Source: Candidatus Zixiibacteriota bacterium (GTDB lineage Bacteria > Zixibacteria > MSB-5A5 > GN15 > FEB-12). From it: DNA of 42,759 nt. Each line of letters starts with the position of its first letter. The first letter of the stretch is position 1. A model generated the notes under the pieces. It was not told where the DNA came from, did not search any database, and worked only from the letters and a program-made list of their open reading frames with translations. Below, in pieces: positions 8,047 to 17,425 of this stretch. The stretch is from positions 1 through 42,759 of the forward strand of contig JBGSIV010000004.1 of NCBI GenBank assembly GCA_041742355.1, written 5' to 3'. Position numbers and translations under genes: made by a program.

Positions 8047-8910
8047 ATGAGATTGATTTTCCTGAGCCTGCTCCTGTTAGTCGCAGCCGCTGTCATCGTC
8101 CGGGCCGATGGCATATCGGTTTCCCAGTCTCTCGACAAATCGCAGTTGGCGTTCGACGACAGCGCGACATTTGAAATCACCCTCCAGTGGCCGGGGTCGC
8201 AGTTTGCCTACCGTTTCCCGCAACCGCTTGATCCACAATTCGAGAAGCTGCGGGTAGGGCGCTTCGAGTCGTCCGTGACCTCGAAGGGATCCGGGGCGGG
8301 GGAGATTACGTACAAGACGTTTCGTTACACCCTCCTTCCACTGGCGGCCGGCGAAGGCCGGATCGAGCCGGTGAGGATCAGCTACCTCACGGCTCCCGAC
8401 AGCATTCCCGGCGAAGTGGTCACCGAGGGGATGTCGGTAACGATTGCGGCCCCCCCACCGATTCCGGAACAACGCCGTGCCCCGCTCGTATGGGTATGGG
8501 TAGCCGTCTGGACGGTGCTGGTCGCCGGGGCGGTCGCGGCGGGCGTGATGATCCGGAAGCGCCGCCGCGCGGTGCCTCCCGTGCCCGTAAAGACGCCGAA
8601 AGACAAGGCGCTCGAGGAACTGGCATCCGTGCGGAAAGAGGCCGGGGAGGATTTGAAGCGATTTCAAGCGGGTGTCTACCGGGTGCTGGCCGATTACCTT
8701 CAGGCCCGGTTTGATATCCGTGCCGATGAACTTGACGATCAAAAGCTGGTTGAGGCTATCATGGGTACCGACCTTCCCGCCGGAGCCAGGAGCAAGCTGG
8801 CTGACTGGGTGGTAACGGCCCGAATGGACAAGTTCCGCCCGGTAGCGGGCGCGCCCGGTGAGACCCTGCGCCGGGCCTCGGATATTCGCGAAATGCTGGA
8901 AACAACGTAG
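8047..8910 (+). CDS. BatD-like single-pass membrane protein (signal peptide, Ig-like domain, TM, cytoplasmic domain; 287 aa)
   Basis: ISVSQSLDKSQLAFDDSATFEITL resembles the BatD repeat starts in this window. TM followed by RKRRR; C-terminal YL..RF/DKFR motif shared with 11719..12762 and BatD. Confidence 0.7.
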   Translation: MRLIFLSLLLLVAAAVIVRADGISVSQSLDKSQLAFDDSATFEITLQWPGSQFAYRFPQPLDPQFEKLRVGRFESSVTSKGSGAGEITYKTFRYTLLPLAAGEGRIEPVRISYLTAPDSIPGEVVTEGMSVTIAAPPPIPEQRRAPLVWVWVAVWTVLVAGAVAAGVMIRKRRRAVPPVPVKTPKDKALEELASVRKEAGEDLKRFQAGVYRVLADYLQARFDIRADELDDQKLVEAIMGTDLPAGARSKLADWVVTARMDKFRPVAGAPGETLRRASDIREMLETT

Positions 8911-8935
8911 TGGACATAGATTGAACGGAGGTTCG

Positions 8936-9925
8936 ATGCACACCGACATTCAGGAAATCCAATCCCGGGTCGAGATGGAATCGGCGTTCGTGCGACGGCT
9001 GACCGAGCAGATGTCGGCGGTCATCGTCGGCCAGAAATACCTGGTTGAGCGCCTGCTGATCGGGATTCTGTCGAATGGGCACATCCTCATTGAAGGGGTA
9101 CCGGGGCTGGCCAAGACGCTTTCGGTGAACACGCTGGCCAGCGCGATTCAGGCCAAGTTCCAGCGGCTGCAGTTCACGCCCGACCTACTTCCGGCCGACT
9201 TGGTCGGCACGATGATTTACAATCCGCAGACGGCGACGTTCTCGGTCAAGAAGGGGCCGCTTTTCGCCAACATCATTCTTGCCGACGAAATCAACCGCGC
9301 CCCTGCGAAAGTTCAGTCGGCGCTGCTTGAGGCGATGCAGGAGCGGCAGGTGACGATCGGCGATACGACGTTCCCGCTCGAAGAGCCATTCCTCGTGCTG
9401 GCGACGCAGAACCCGATCGAGCAGGAGGGGACGTACCCGCTGCCGGAAGCTCAGATCGACCGGTTCATGCTGATGCTCAAGATCGGCTATCCGACACCGG
9501 CCGAAGAGCGGGAAATCATGGAACGCAACACCGGTGCGGTGGGCGTCAAGGTAGAGAAGGTCATCTCCCCACAGGATATTCTCAAGGCGCGGCAGGTGGT
9601 GCGGTCGATCTATGTCGACGACAAGGTGAAGGACTACATCGGCAATATCATCTTCGCCACCCGTGAGCCGCAGAAGTACGGTCTGGGCGAGTTGAAGGAT
9701 TTGATCGCCTACGGGGCCTCGCCCCGCGCGACGATCTACCTGAACCTCGCGGCCAAGGCCCACGCCTTCCTCAAAGGGCGCGGGTACATCACGCCGGAGG
9801 ATATCAAGGCGATCGGCCACGATGTTCTGCGCCACCGGGTGCTCCTGACTTATGAGGCGGAAGCCGAGGAGATCACGCCGGATGCGATCGTCTCGAAGAT
9901 TTTCGACGCGGTCGAGGTGCCGTAA
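8936..9925 (+). CDS. moxR: MoxR-family AAA+ ATPase (329 aa)
   Basis: GGAGG 8927-8931 before ATG 8936. GHILIEGVPGLAKT (Walker A), RLQFTPDLLPAD, ILADEINRAPAKVQSALLEAM (Walker B), ATQNPIEQEGTYPLPEAQIDRF, GASPRA, VLRHR. Confidence 0.95.
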   Translation: MHTDIQEIQSRVEMESAFVRRLTEQMSAVIVGQKYLVERLLIGILSNGHILIEGVPGLAKTLSVNTLASAIQAKFQRLQFTPDLLPADLVGTMIYNPQTATFSVKKGPLFANIILADEINRAPAKVQSALLEAMQERQVTIGDTTFPLEEPFLVLATQNPIEQEGTYPLPEAQIDRFMLMLKIGYPTPAEEREIMERNTGAVGVKVEKVISPQDILKARQVVRSIYVDDKVKDYIGNIIFATREPQKYGLGELKDLIAYGASPRATIYLNLAAKAHAFLKGRGYITPEDIKAIGHDVLRHRVLLTYEAEAEEITPDAIVSKIFDAVEVP

Positions 9926-9939
9926 GCCGACAGGCGCGT

Positions 9940-10815
9940 ATGCTGCCGAAAGAGATACTCAAGAAGATCCGGCGGATAGAAATCCGCACGAAGAGGCTGG
10001 TGAACGACCTGTTCTCGGGCGAGTACCATTCCACGTTTAAGGGGCAGGGGATGGAGTTCGAGGAAGTGCGCCAGTACGAGGCGGGCGACGATATCCGGCT
10101 GATCGATTGGAACGTGACGGCCCGAACGGGCTACCCGCACATCAAGAAGTTCCGCGAGGAGCGTGAGCTGTCGGTGGTGCTGCTCGTGGACGCCTCGTCC
10201 TCGGGACGATTCGGCACACGCGAACGGTTCAAGAGTGAAACCGCGGCCGAGCTCGGGGCGCTGCTGGCATTCTCGGCCATCAAGAACAACGACAAGGTCG
10301 GGTTGATCATTTTCACGGATCGGATTGAGAAGTTCGTGCCGCCGCGCAAGGGGCGCGGGCATGTGCTGCGCCTGATCCGCGAAATCCTGTTCTTTGAGCC
10401 GAAAGGGGTCGGGACCGACATCGCGGGAGCGCTGGAGTACCTCAACCGGGTGATCCGCCGCAAGTCGGTGGTCTTCCTAATCTCTGATTTCCTTTCCGAG
10501 GGCTTCCAGAAGCCAATCCAGATCGCCAACCGCCGGCACGACCTGATCGCTCTGAAGATCACCGATCCTCGCGAGAGCCAGTTCGAGGATGTCGGCCTGA
10601 TCGAACTGGAGGATACGGAAACGGGCGAGGTGTTCATGATCGACACCGGGTCGGGCGAGTTCCGCCGGGAGTTTGCCGCCCGGGCGGATGAGGATCTCAA
10701 CCGCCTCCAGCGGGAATTCCGCCTGATCAATCTCGACTTCATTAATATCCGAACCGACCGGCCCTATATAAAGCCGCTGATCAGTTTCTTCCGGGCGCGG
10801 GAGAAGAGGTTCTGA
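9940..10815 (+). CDS. DUF58 / vWA-domain protein, MoxR partner (291 aa)
   Basis: GEYHSTFKGQGMEFEEVRQYEAGDDIRLIDWNVTAR, VDASSS MIDAS-like motif, ISDF; canonical position after moxR. Confidence 0.92.
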   Translation: MLPKEILKKIRRIEIRTKRLVNDLFSGEYHSTFKGQGMEFEEVRQYEAGDDIRLIDWNVTARTGYPHIKKFREERELSVVLLVDASSSGRFGTRERFKSETAAELGALLAFSAIKNNDKVGLIIFTDRIEKFVPPRKGRGHVLRLIREILFFEPKGVGTDIAGALEYLNRVIRRKSVVFLISDFLSEGFQKPIQIANRRHDLIALKITDPRESQFEDVGLIELEDTETGEVFMIDTGSGEFRREFAARADEDLNRLQREFRLINLDFINIRTDRPYIKPLISFFRAREKRF

Positions 10816-10817
10816 TA

Positions 10818-11711
10818 ATGCGTTACGGCGTGTGGACAACGGCGGTTCTGGCCATCCTTGTGATCGGCTGCTCCGGCGGGGAGCATGAAGAGGCCATCGA
10901 GCGCCACAAGCAGTTGGCGGCGGAGCTCCGGGAGAATGGCCTGTACGACGCGGCCATTGCCGAGTACGAGAAGATCCTGGCCTATGACGATATCGATGAT
11001 GCCGTTCGGGGGAGTATCAGCTACCTGATCGGGCGGCTGTATTTCGAGAACGTACAGGACTACGAACAGGCGGCGGCGTACTACGTGAAAGCGAAAGCGC
11101 TCAACCCCGGCGGCGAGTACGTTCCGGAAGCCTCGAAGAATCTCGTCACGGCGTTGGAGCGGTCCGGCAACACGATTGACGCCCGGCGGCAGTTGCAGCA
11201 GATGACGTCGATTGCGGCCGAGCCGGAGGATGCGAAGGATGTCGAAATCGCCCGGATCGGGGAAACCCCGTTGTGGTTGTCGCAGCTCGACGATGCGATC
11301 GAGATGCTCCCGGCCGAGGCGCGGGAGCAGTACCTGAGCAGTCGTGAGGCGAAAGTCACTTTCATGCATCAGTATGTATCCGCCGAGCTGCTCTATCACG
11401 CGGCGCTGCGGGAAGGGTATGGCAACGACCGGGAGATCAAGCGCCGGATGCGCGAAGTCAACCGCCAGATGCTGGTGGAAAAGTACGTGGTGGAAGAAGT
11501 GCTCCCGCAGATCAAGGTCGATACGGCCGATGTGCGCAATTTCTACCTGGCCAACAAGGATTCGCGCTACGGCGGAGCCCCGTACGACTCGGTGCAGGCT
11601 CAGGTGGTGATGGATTACCAGTCGCAGAAGACCGAATCGGCGTTCCGGGGGTATATCGACCAGCTCGCGCAGAAAGAGCGCGTGCAGTTTCTCGACGGAA
11701 ACGTAAAATAG
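10818..11711 (+). CDS. Lipoprotein with TPR repeats and a PrsA/SurA-like chaperone (NC) domain, no parvulin insert (297 aa)
   Basis: Lipobox VIG-C; TPR-like helices (GLYDAAIAEYEKIL, DYEQAAAYYVKA). IARIGETPL...ELLYHAALREG...IKVDTADVRNFYLANK then PYDSVQAQV...YIDQL matches the N- and C-terminal halves of PrsA-type foldases. Confidence 0.65.
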   Translation: MRYGVWTTAVLAILVIGCSGGEHEEAIERHKQLAAELRENGLYDAAIAEYEKILAYDDIDDAVRGSISYLIGRLYFENVQDYEQAAAYYVKAKALNPGGEYVPEASKNLVTALERSGNTIDARRQLQQMTSIAAEPEDAKDVEIARIGETPLWLSQLDDAIEMLPAEAREQYLSSREAKVTFMHQYVSAELLYHAALREGYGNDREIKRRMREVNRQMLVEKYVVEEVLPQIKVDTADVRNFYLANKDSRYGGAPYDSVQAQVVMDYQSQKTESAFRGYIDQLAQKERVQFLDGNVK

Positions 11712-11718
11712 GCGGACT

Positions 11719-12762
11719 ATGGGTCGCAGTATAGACAGAATTGTTCGGGCCATTTGCCTTGTATCCACGCTGGTCGCGGCCACGGTTTTCGCGCAGGAAC
11801 CGGGGGACACCGTCGGCTCGCTGCCGGGAGTCGAGGTGCGCACGTCGGTCGACAAAGCCGAGATATTCGTCGGTGACCAAGTGACCTATACGCTCACGAT
11901 CATTCATGATTCAACGGTGGAGCTCATCCCGCCGCCACTGGGGGCGAACCTCGGGGCGTTCCAGGTGCTCGACTACGAAACCGACAGGTTAACAAAACTC
12001 CCCGACGGCCGGATTCAGAACGAGAGCCGGTTCGTCATCAGCACGTTCACCACCGGCGACTATGCCGTTCCCCCGTTCCCGGTGATGGTGATCATGCCCG
12101 ACTCGACCCGGAAAGTGGTGCTGTCGGAGTCAGTGCCGATCAAGGTGGAATCGCTGCTGTCGGAGAAGGACAGCACGATGGATATCAAGCCACTCGCCGC
12201 GCTGGTTGAGGCCGACGCGTTCGGCAGAGACCGTACTTGGTGGTATGTCGGGGGCGGGGCGGCGCTTGTAATCATCGCGGCGCTGGCACTGTACTTCCTG
12301 CTGCGGCGTCGCCGGGGGGCGCTCCTCGGGCCGATCGATCTGCGGCCACCCTGGGAAATTGCCTCGGAGCGGCTGGCGCTGCTGGTGAACAAGGATCTGA
12401 TCCGCGGCGGGCGGTACAAGGAGTACTACTACGAATTGAGCGATATCCTCCGTTGGTATCTCGGCCGGGTGTACGAACGGAATGTCCCGGACATGACGAC
12501 AGAAGAATTCCTGACGGCGTTCCGGGAGATCGACCTGCCGGCCTCGCTTTTCGACGGGGTGGAGGCGTTTATGAAGCACTCCGACCTTGTGAAGTTCGCG
12601 CGGTATGAGCCGGAGGTGGCTCAGACGAAGTACGATTTCGAGTTCGTGCATGCCGCGATCGACCGGGTGCGGCTGGATGTCCTGCGGCGCCAGGAGGTGC
12701 AGACGGTAACGCCGAACAACGGTCAGGCGGCGCCGGTCGAGGGAGGGTCGCATGGAGCTTGA
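11719..12762 (+). CDS. BatD-like single-pass membrane protein preceding batA (347 aa)
   Basis: Signal peptide; VEVRTSVDKAEIFVGDQVTYTL; TM + RRRR; KEYYYELSDILRWYL...MTTEE...SDLVKFAR, typical of the conserved gene between DUF58 and batA. Confidence 0.75.
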   Translation: MGRSIDRIVRAICLVSTLVAATVFAQEPGDTVGSLPGVEVRTSVDKAEIFVGDQVTYTLTIIHDSTVELIPPPLGANLGAFQVLDYETDRLTKLPDGRIQNESRFVISTFTTGDYAVPPFPVMVIMPDSTRKVVLSESVPIKVESLLSEKDSTMDIKPLAALVEADAFGRDRTWWYVGGGAALVIIAALALYFLLRRRRGALLGPIDLRPPWEIASERLALLVNKDLIRGGRYKEYYYELSDILRWYLGRVYERNVPDMTTEEFLTAFREIDLPASLFDGVEAFMKHSDLVKFARYEPEVAQTKYDFEFVHAAIDRVRLDVLRRQEVQTVTPNNGQAAPVEGGSHGA

Positions 12763-13795
12763 GTTCGCCGGGCTCAGCCTGAATCTCTTCGATCTGATCG
12801 ATACGACGATTCCGCCGCTGGCGATATTTGTCGCCGGCGGGGTGGTCATCCTGGGCATGCTCCTCTGGGCGTTCTTCCGGCGGCGGGCGAAAGCGGCGAC
12901 GATCAAGTTCTCGGATCTGCGGATAGTGAAGCGGGCCGGCCGGACGCGCCGTCAGCAGTTCCGTTTCGTCCTGCCGATTCTCCGCGTGCTGGCGGTGGCG
13001 CTGCTGTTCGTGGCGCTGGCCCGCCCGCGGTCCGGCACCGAGTACACCAAGGTGACGTCGGAGGGCGTCGACATCATGATGGCGCTGGACGTGTCATCGT
13101 CGATGCAGGCGGAGGACTTTAAGCCGAATAATCGCCTCTATGTCGCCAAGGAGGAGATGAAGAAGTTTGTCGAGCGGCGGGTGAACGACCGGATCGGGCT
13201 GGTGGTGTTCGCGCGCTACTCGTACACGCAGTGCCCGCTCACGACCGATTACGGCGTGCTCCTGAGCTTTGTCGACCAGATCGATTTCGGGGTGGTCGAG
13301 GATGGCACGGCCATCGGGATGGCGATCGCCAACGCGGTGAACCGGCTGCGCGAGACCGAGGCTAAGAGCAAAATTATAGTTCTATTAACCGACGGCGACA
13401 ACAATGCCGGTGAAATCGACCCGCTGACCGCGGCCAATCTTGCGGCTACGTTCGGGATCAAGATCTACACGATCGGGGCCGGGAAACCGGGCAATGCCAT
13501 GTACCCGGTGGACGATCCGTTTTTCGGCAAGCGTTACGTATACAGGCCGACGGTGATCGACGAAAAGGCGCTGCAGGAGATCGCCAGCCGGACCAACGGC
13601 AAGTATTTCCGGGCGCGGTCGGGGGAGGAACTGGAACAGATCTATGCCGAGATCGATGCGCTGGAGAAGACTGAAATCGAGACGGCGCACCATATTCAGT
13701 ATGTCGAGCTGTTCGAATCATTCACGTTCGCGGCCTTCGGCCTGCTGGTGCTGGAGATGCTGCTGGCGAACACCTATTTCCGGAAACTGCCGTAG
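12752..13795 (+). CDS. batA: BatA, vWA-domain membrane protein (347 aa)
   Basis: ALARP, GVDIMMALDVSSSMQAEDFKPNNR (MIDAS DxSxS), DRIGLVVF, CPLTTD, GTAIG, LLTDG.NNAG.IDP, KIYTIG, C-terminal TM ending YFRKLP. Confidence 0.92.
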   Translation: MELEFAGLSLNLFDLIDTTIPPLAIFVAGGVVILGMLLWAFFRRRAKAATIKFSDLRIVKRAGRTRRQQFRFVLPILRVLAVALLFVALARPRSGTEYTKVTSEGVDIMMALDVSSSMQAEDFKPNNRLYVAKEEMKKFVERRVNDRIGLVVFARYSYTQCPLTTDYGVLLSFVDQIDFGVVEDGTAIGMAIANAVNRLRETEAKSKIIVLLTDGDNNAGEIDPLTAANLAATFGIKIYTIGAGKPGNAMYPVDDPFFGKRYVYRPTVIDEKALQEIASRTNGKYFRARSGEELEQIYAEIDALEKTEIETAHHIQYVELFESFTFAAFGLLVLEMLLANTYFRKLP

Positions 13796-13813
13796 AGGGA
13801 TGGAAGTTTAGCC

Positions 13814-14836
13814 ATGCGATTTGCCGCACCCGAAAATTTCCTACTGCTCCTGCTGGTGGGAGTGTTGGCCCTGTTCGTGGTCTGGGCGCTCATCAGGAAG
13901 AAACGGCAGCTACAGCGCTTCGGCGACCTTCCGCTGATAATGAAGAACGCCCCATACATTTCGTTCGCCCGGCAGGGGGGCAAGGCGGTGCTGGTGTTGA
14001 TCGGAATGGTCTTTATCACGCTGGCGCTGACGCGCCTGCAGTTCGGCACGCACCTGGAAATGCTGAAGCGGGAAGGAATCGACCTGGTTGTCGCGCTGGA
14101 TGTCTCCAATTCGATGCTGGCGCGGGATATGAAACCGACGCGGCTGGAAAAGGCGCGGCAGGAGATCCAGGGTATCATGAAGCGCCTCAAGGGGGACCGG
14201 ATCGGGCTGGTCGCGTTCGCCGGCGAGGCGTACATTCAGTGCCCGCTGACGCTGGACTACACGGCGGCGGAATTCTTGCTCGGCGCGATGGATCAGAACG
14301 CGGTAACCGTGCAGGGGACCTCGATCGCGTCGGCCATTGCAATGGCGACGCGCTGTTTCGAGGAGAAGGAACGGCAGCACAAGGTGCTGCTGCTGCTGAC
14401 GGACGGCGAGGATCATGACCGCGGGGCGGAGGATGCGGCCGATGAGGCCCGCAAAGAGGGGATCAGGATTTTCACGGTCGGCATCGGCAATCCGGCCGGA
14501 GAGCCGATCCCGATGCACGACAGAGCGGGCAACCAGGTCGGGTTCAAGAAAGATGACCAAGGGAATGTGATCGTCACCAAGCTGAATGAAGAGGTACTCC
14601 AGAAGGTAGCGCTGGCGACTGGAGGAAAGTATTACCATGCGACCGCCGGCGAAATGGAGTTGGACCGGATCTTCGCCGAGATCGCCGAGATGGAGAAGAA
14701 GGAACTTGAAGGAACGCTGGTGACCCGATATGACGACCGGTTCCAGTGGCCGCTGATGCTGGCGGTTCTGCTGGTGGTCGGTGAGTTTTTCCTGTCCGAG
14801 CGCAGAAAGATAGCAAGGAGCGAGCCGCATGCGTAA
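13814..14836 (+). CDS. batB: BatB, vWA-domain membrane protein (340 aa)
   Basis: MRFAAPE start, GIDLVVALDVSNSMLARDMKPTRL, DRIGLVAFAGEAY..CPLTLD, QGT, TDGEDH, G.PIP, DRFQW; directly after batA. Confidence 0.92.
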   Translation: MRFAAPENFLLLLLVGVLALFVVWALIRKKRQLQRFGDLPLIMKNAPYISFARQGGKAVLVLIGMVFITLALTRLQFGTHLEMLKREGIDLVVALDVSNSMLARDMKPTRLEKARQEIQGIMKRLKGDRIGLVAFAGEAYIQCPLTLDYTAAEFLLGAMDQNAVTVQGTSIASAIAMATRCFEEKERQHKVLLLLTDGEDHDRGAEDAADEARKEGIRIFTVGIGNPAGEPIPMHDRAGNQVGFKKDDQGNVIVTKLNEEVLQKVALATGGKYYHATAGEMELDRIFAEIAEMEKKELEGTLVTRYDDRFQWPLMLAVLLVVGEFFLSERRKIARSEPHA

Positions 14837-15590
14837 GGTCGTGGTTATGATGCTGGCCCTGGGAATCGCGGGCGGCGCGCGCGCCGGGTACCTCGACGAT
14901 ATCCGGGAGGGGAATAAGGCATACGACGCCGGCGACTACAAGGCGGCGATCGAGCAGTTCCACAAGGCCGAGACGGAGCACCCGGAGGATCCGCGGCTGC
15001 AGTACAATATCGCCGGGGCGGCTTTCCAGTTGGGCGAGTACGAGAAGGCACAGGACTATTTCAACAAGGCGCTCGGTTCGCCCGATGTGACGCTGTCGGC
15101 GAAAGCGCACTACAACCTCGGCAACACCTACTTCCGGATGCAGGACTACCCGCAGGCGATCAAGTCGTACGAGGATGCCCTGCGGCTCGATCCGAACGAT
15201 GTCAACGCCAAGATCAACCTCGAACTGGCCCGCCGGATGCTCAAGGAGAACACCAAGCCTCAGCAGGGGGAGAACCAGCAGCAGCAGCAGGGACAGGATC
15301 AGCAGAAGCAGGAGGGTCAGAACCAGCAGAACCAGGACCAGCAGAGTCAGCAGCAGCAGGAGCAGTCAGGCGAGCAGGGGGAGGACAAGGCCCAGCAGCA
15401 ACCCAAGGAAGGGGAGCAGGACCAGGCCGAGCAGCCCAAAGAGTCGGATCAGCAGCTCAAGGAGCAGCAGATTTCCAAGGAGGACGCCGAGCGGATCCTC
15501 AACGCGCTGCGGGATGACGAGCGAGATATCCAGGAGAAGCTCAAGCGCAAGGTACGGGCCAAGGGAGACTACACGGGGAAGGACTGGTGA
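14829..15590 (+). CDS. batC: BatC, TPR protein with Gln-rich linker (253 aa)
   Basis: Signal peptide; TPRs (EGNKAY, YNIAGAAF, HYNLGNTYF, AKINLELA); Q-rich tract; ISKEDAERILNAL; C-terminal KDW. Confidence 0.9.
   Translation: MRKVVVMMLALGIAGGARAGYLDDIREGNKAYDAGDYKAAIEQFHKAETEHPEDPRLQYNIAGAAFQLGEYEKAQDYFNKALGSPDVTLSAKAHYNLGNTYFRMQDYPQAIKSYEDALRLDPNDVNAKINLELARRMLKENTKPQQGENQQQQQGQDQQKQEGQNQQNQDQQSQQQQEQSGEQGEDKAQQQPKEGEQDQAEQPKESDQQLKEQQISKEDAERILNALRDDERDIQEKLKRKVRAKGDYTGKDW
15261..15470 (+). repeat. Low-complexity CAG-rich (poly-Gln) tract inside batC
   Basis: Imperfect runs of CAG encoding QQGENQQQQQGQDQQKQEGQNQQNQDQQSQQQQEQ... Confidence 0.85.
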
Positions 15591-17425
15591 GCGTGAAGAG
15601 GGTCAGAACATACACATGGCCGGCTGGCCTGGTCGCCGGACTGGTTCTCCTGTTCGTGTCATTCGGAATTGCGGCAGGCCAGCCGGGGAGCGAGATAACG
15701 ATCTCGGCGGCGCTCGACCGGGACACGATCGGTCTGGATGAACAGGCGGTTCTCACGGTGCAGGTCGCCGGGCAGTCGCAGAACCTCCCCTCGCCAGAGG
15801 TGCCGCAGATCGCGCTGTTCGAGGTGTACAGCCAGGGGCGGTCGAGCAGCATCAACATTGTCAACGGGCAGGTTAACTCGTCGGTGATGTACCGCTTTCT
15901 GCTGGTGCCGTCGAAGGCCGGCACGTACCCGATCGATCAGATCGCGGTCGTTTACAACAATAAGCGCTACTCGGCGGCCCCGGTGACGCTGACGGTGCTG
16001 AATCGGGGTACGGCCACTCCGCCCGCGCTGGAATCACAGGCCAAGGATGACGGCGGCGCGTCCAGGGACTACTTCCTCGAGGCGGTGGTTGACAAGAAGA
16101 ACCCCTATGTCAACGAGCAGATCACGCTCACGCTCAAGTTCTATATAGCCGTGCAGTACTACGGCTCGCCGGAGTTGATCGAGCCGCCAACGACCGGGTT
16201 CTGGACCGAAGTACTGGGCAATGAGGCGCCGTACCGCCAGGTAATCGGCGGGCGGACCTATCGGGTGATCGAACGGAAGTACGGATTATTTCCGACCCAA
16301 ACCGGGGATCTGGCTATCGGCCCGGCGGCGATCCGGGTGACGGTGCCCGACCGATCGCGGCAATCACGCGATCCCTTCGGCGTGTTCAATGACTTCTTCA
16401 ACAGCGGGCGGGAGGTAACGGTCCGCAGCAAGGAAGTTCCGATCAAGGTCCGGACGCTGCCGACCGACGGCCGCCCGGATGACTTCGGCGGATCCATCGG
16501 CACCTACGAGATTGCGGCATCGGTCGACAAGACCGAAGTTGAGGTCAACCAGCCGGTGACGCTGAAGCTGCGGATAACGGGGATCGGCAATGTCAAAGCG
16601 GCGGCCAAACCGCCGGTGCCGGAGCTCGAAGATTTCCGCATTTACGAGGCCTCGAGCAGCGAGAACATCTCGCGGACAGGTGACCGTATGGGGGGAACGA
16701 AGATATGGGAAGAGGTGTTCATTCCGCGGCGGCCAGGTACGCTCGAGATCCCGTCGATTCAATACACGTATTTTAATCCCGAGCGGGGCAAGTATGAGAC
16801 ACAATCGACCAAGCCAATAGCGATTCACGCGACCAAGCCGAGCGGATATACGGCGCAGGGTGACCTGCCGTACTCCGGTTCGGAGATGGTGGTGGGGGCC
16901 GATGCGAAGGATATCCGGTTCATCAAGCAGTCGATGGGGGATACGACGCGCCGGGGGCAGGTGATCCTGGTGACCCCGCTGTACCTGGTGGTCAACAGCC
17001 TGCCGCTTCTGGTTGTGGCGGGCTTGTTCGTGGCCCGGAAACGGCGCGAGAAACTGGCTTCAAATGTCGGGTACGCCCGATCGCTACAGGCGGGGAAGAA
17101 GGCACGCAAGCGCCTCTCGAAAGCGCGCTCGCTGGCTTCGGTGGAGAAAGGCCTGGCCTTTTTTGCCGAGGTGCACCAGACGCTGACCTCGTACATCGCG
17201 GACAAGCTGAATGTCTCGCCGCACGGTCTGACGACCGATCGAATTGCTGAGTTGCTGGCGGCGCGCGGCGCGGACGAAACCCTGATTGGGGAAATCAACG
17301 GCGTGCTGCAGCGGTGCGATTTCGCCCGTTTCGCGCCATCGTCAATCAACCAGCCCGATATCGATCGGACGCTGGCGGATGTGGAACAGGCGATGATCCG
17401 CCTGGAGGGAGTGCGGTTTGCGTAA
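15587..17425 (+). CDS. batD: BatD, multi-Ig-like-domain membrane protein (612 aa)
   Basis: GTG overlaps the batC stop (GTGA). SSSINIVNGQ motif, three repeats starting xxAx[LV]D[KR], GIGN, YFNP, DIRFIK, TM, C-terminal CDFARFAP. Confidence 0.9.
   Translation: MSVKRVRTYTWPAGLVAGLVLLFVSFGIAAGQPGSEITISAALDRDTIGLDEQAVLTVQVAGQSQNLPSPEVPQIALFEVYSQGRSSSINIVNGQVNSSVMYRFLLVPSKAGTYPIDQIAVVYNNKRYSAAPVTLTVLNRGTATPPALESQAKDDGGASRDYFLEAVVDKKNPYVNEQITLTLKFYIAVQYYGSPELIEPPTTGFWTEVLGNEAPYRQVIGGRTYRVIERKYGLFPTQTGDLAIGPAAIRVTVPDRSRQSRDPFGVFNDFFNSGREVTVRSKEVPIKVRTLPTDGRPDDFGGSIGTYEIAASVDKTEVEVNQPVTLKLRITGIGNVKAAAKPPVPELEDFRIYEASSSENISRTGDRMGGTKIWEEVFIPRRPGTLEIPSIQYTYFNPERGKYETQSTKPIAIHATKPSGYTAQGDLPYSGSEMVVGADAKDIRFIKQSMGDTTRRGQVILVTPLYLVVNSLPLLVVAGLFVARKRREKLASNVGYARSLQAGKKARKRLSKARSLASVEKGLAFFAEVHQTLTSYIADKLNVSPHGLTTDRIAELLAARGADETLIGEINGVLQRCDFARFAPSSINQPDIDRTLADVEQAMIRLEGVRFA

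Noticed and set aside
15261..15470. CAG-rich tract as a CRISPR array or phase-variable repeat
   Set aside because: Imperfect in-frame triplets encoding the normal Gln-rich BatC linker; no repeat-spacer structure.
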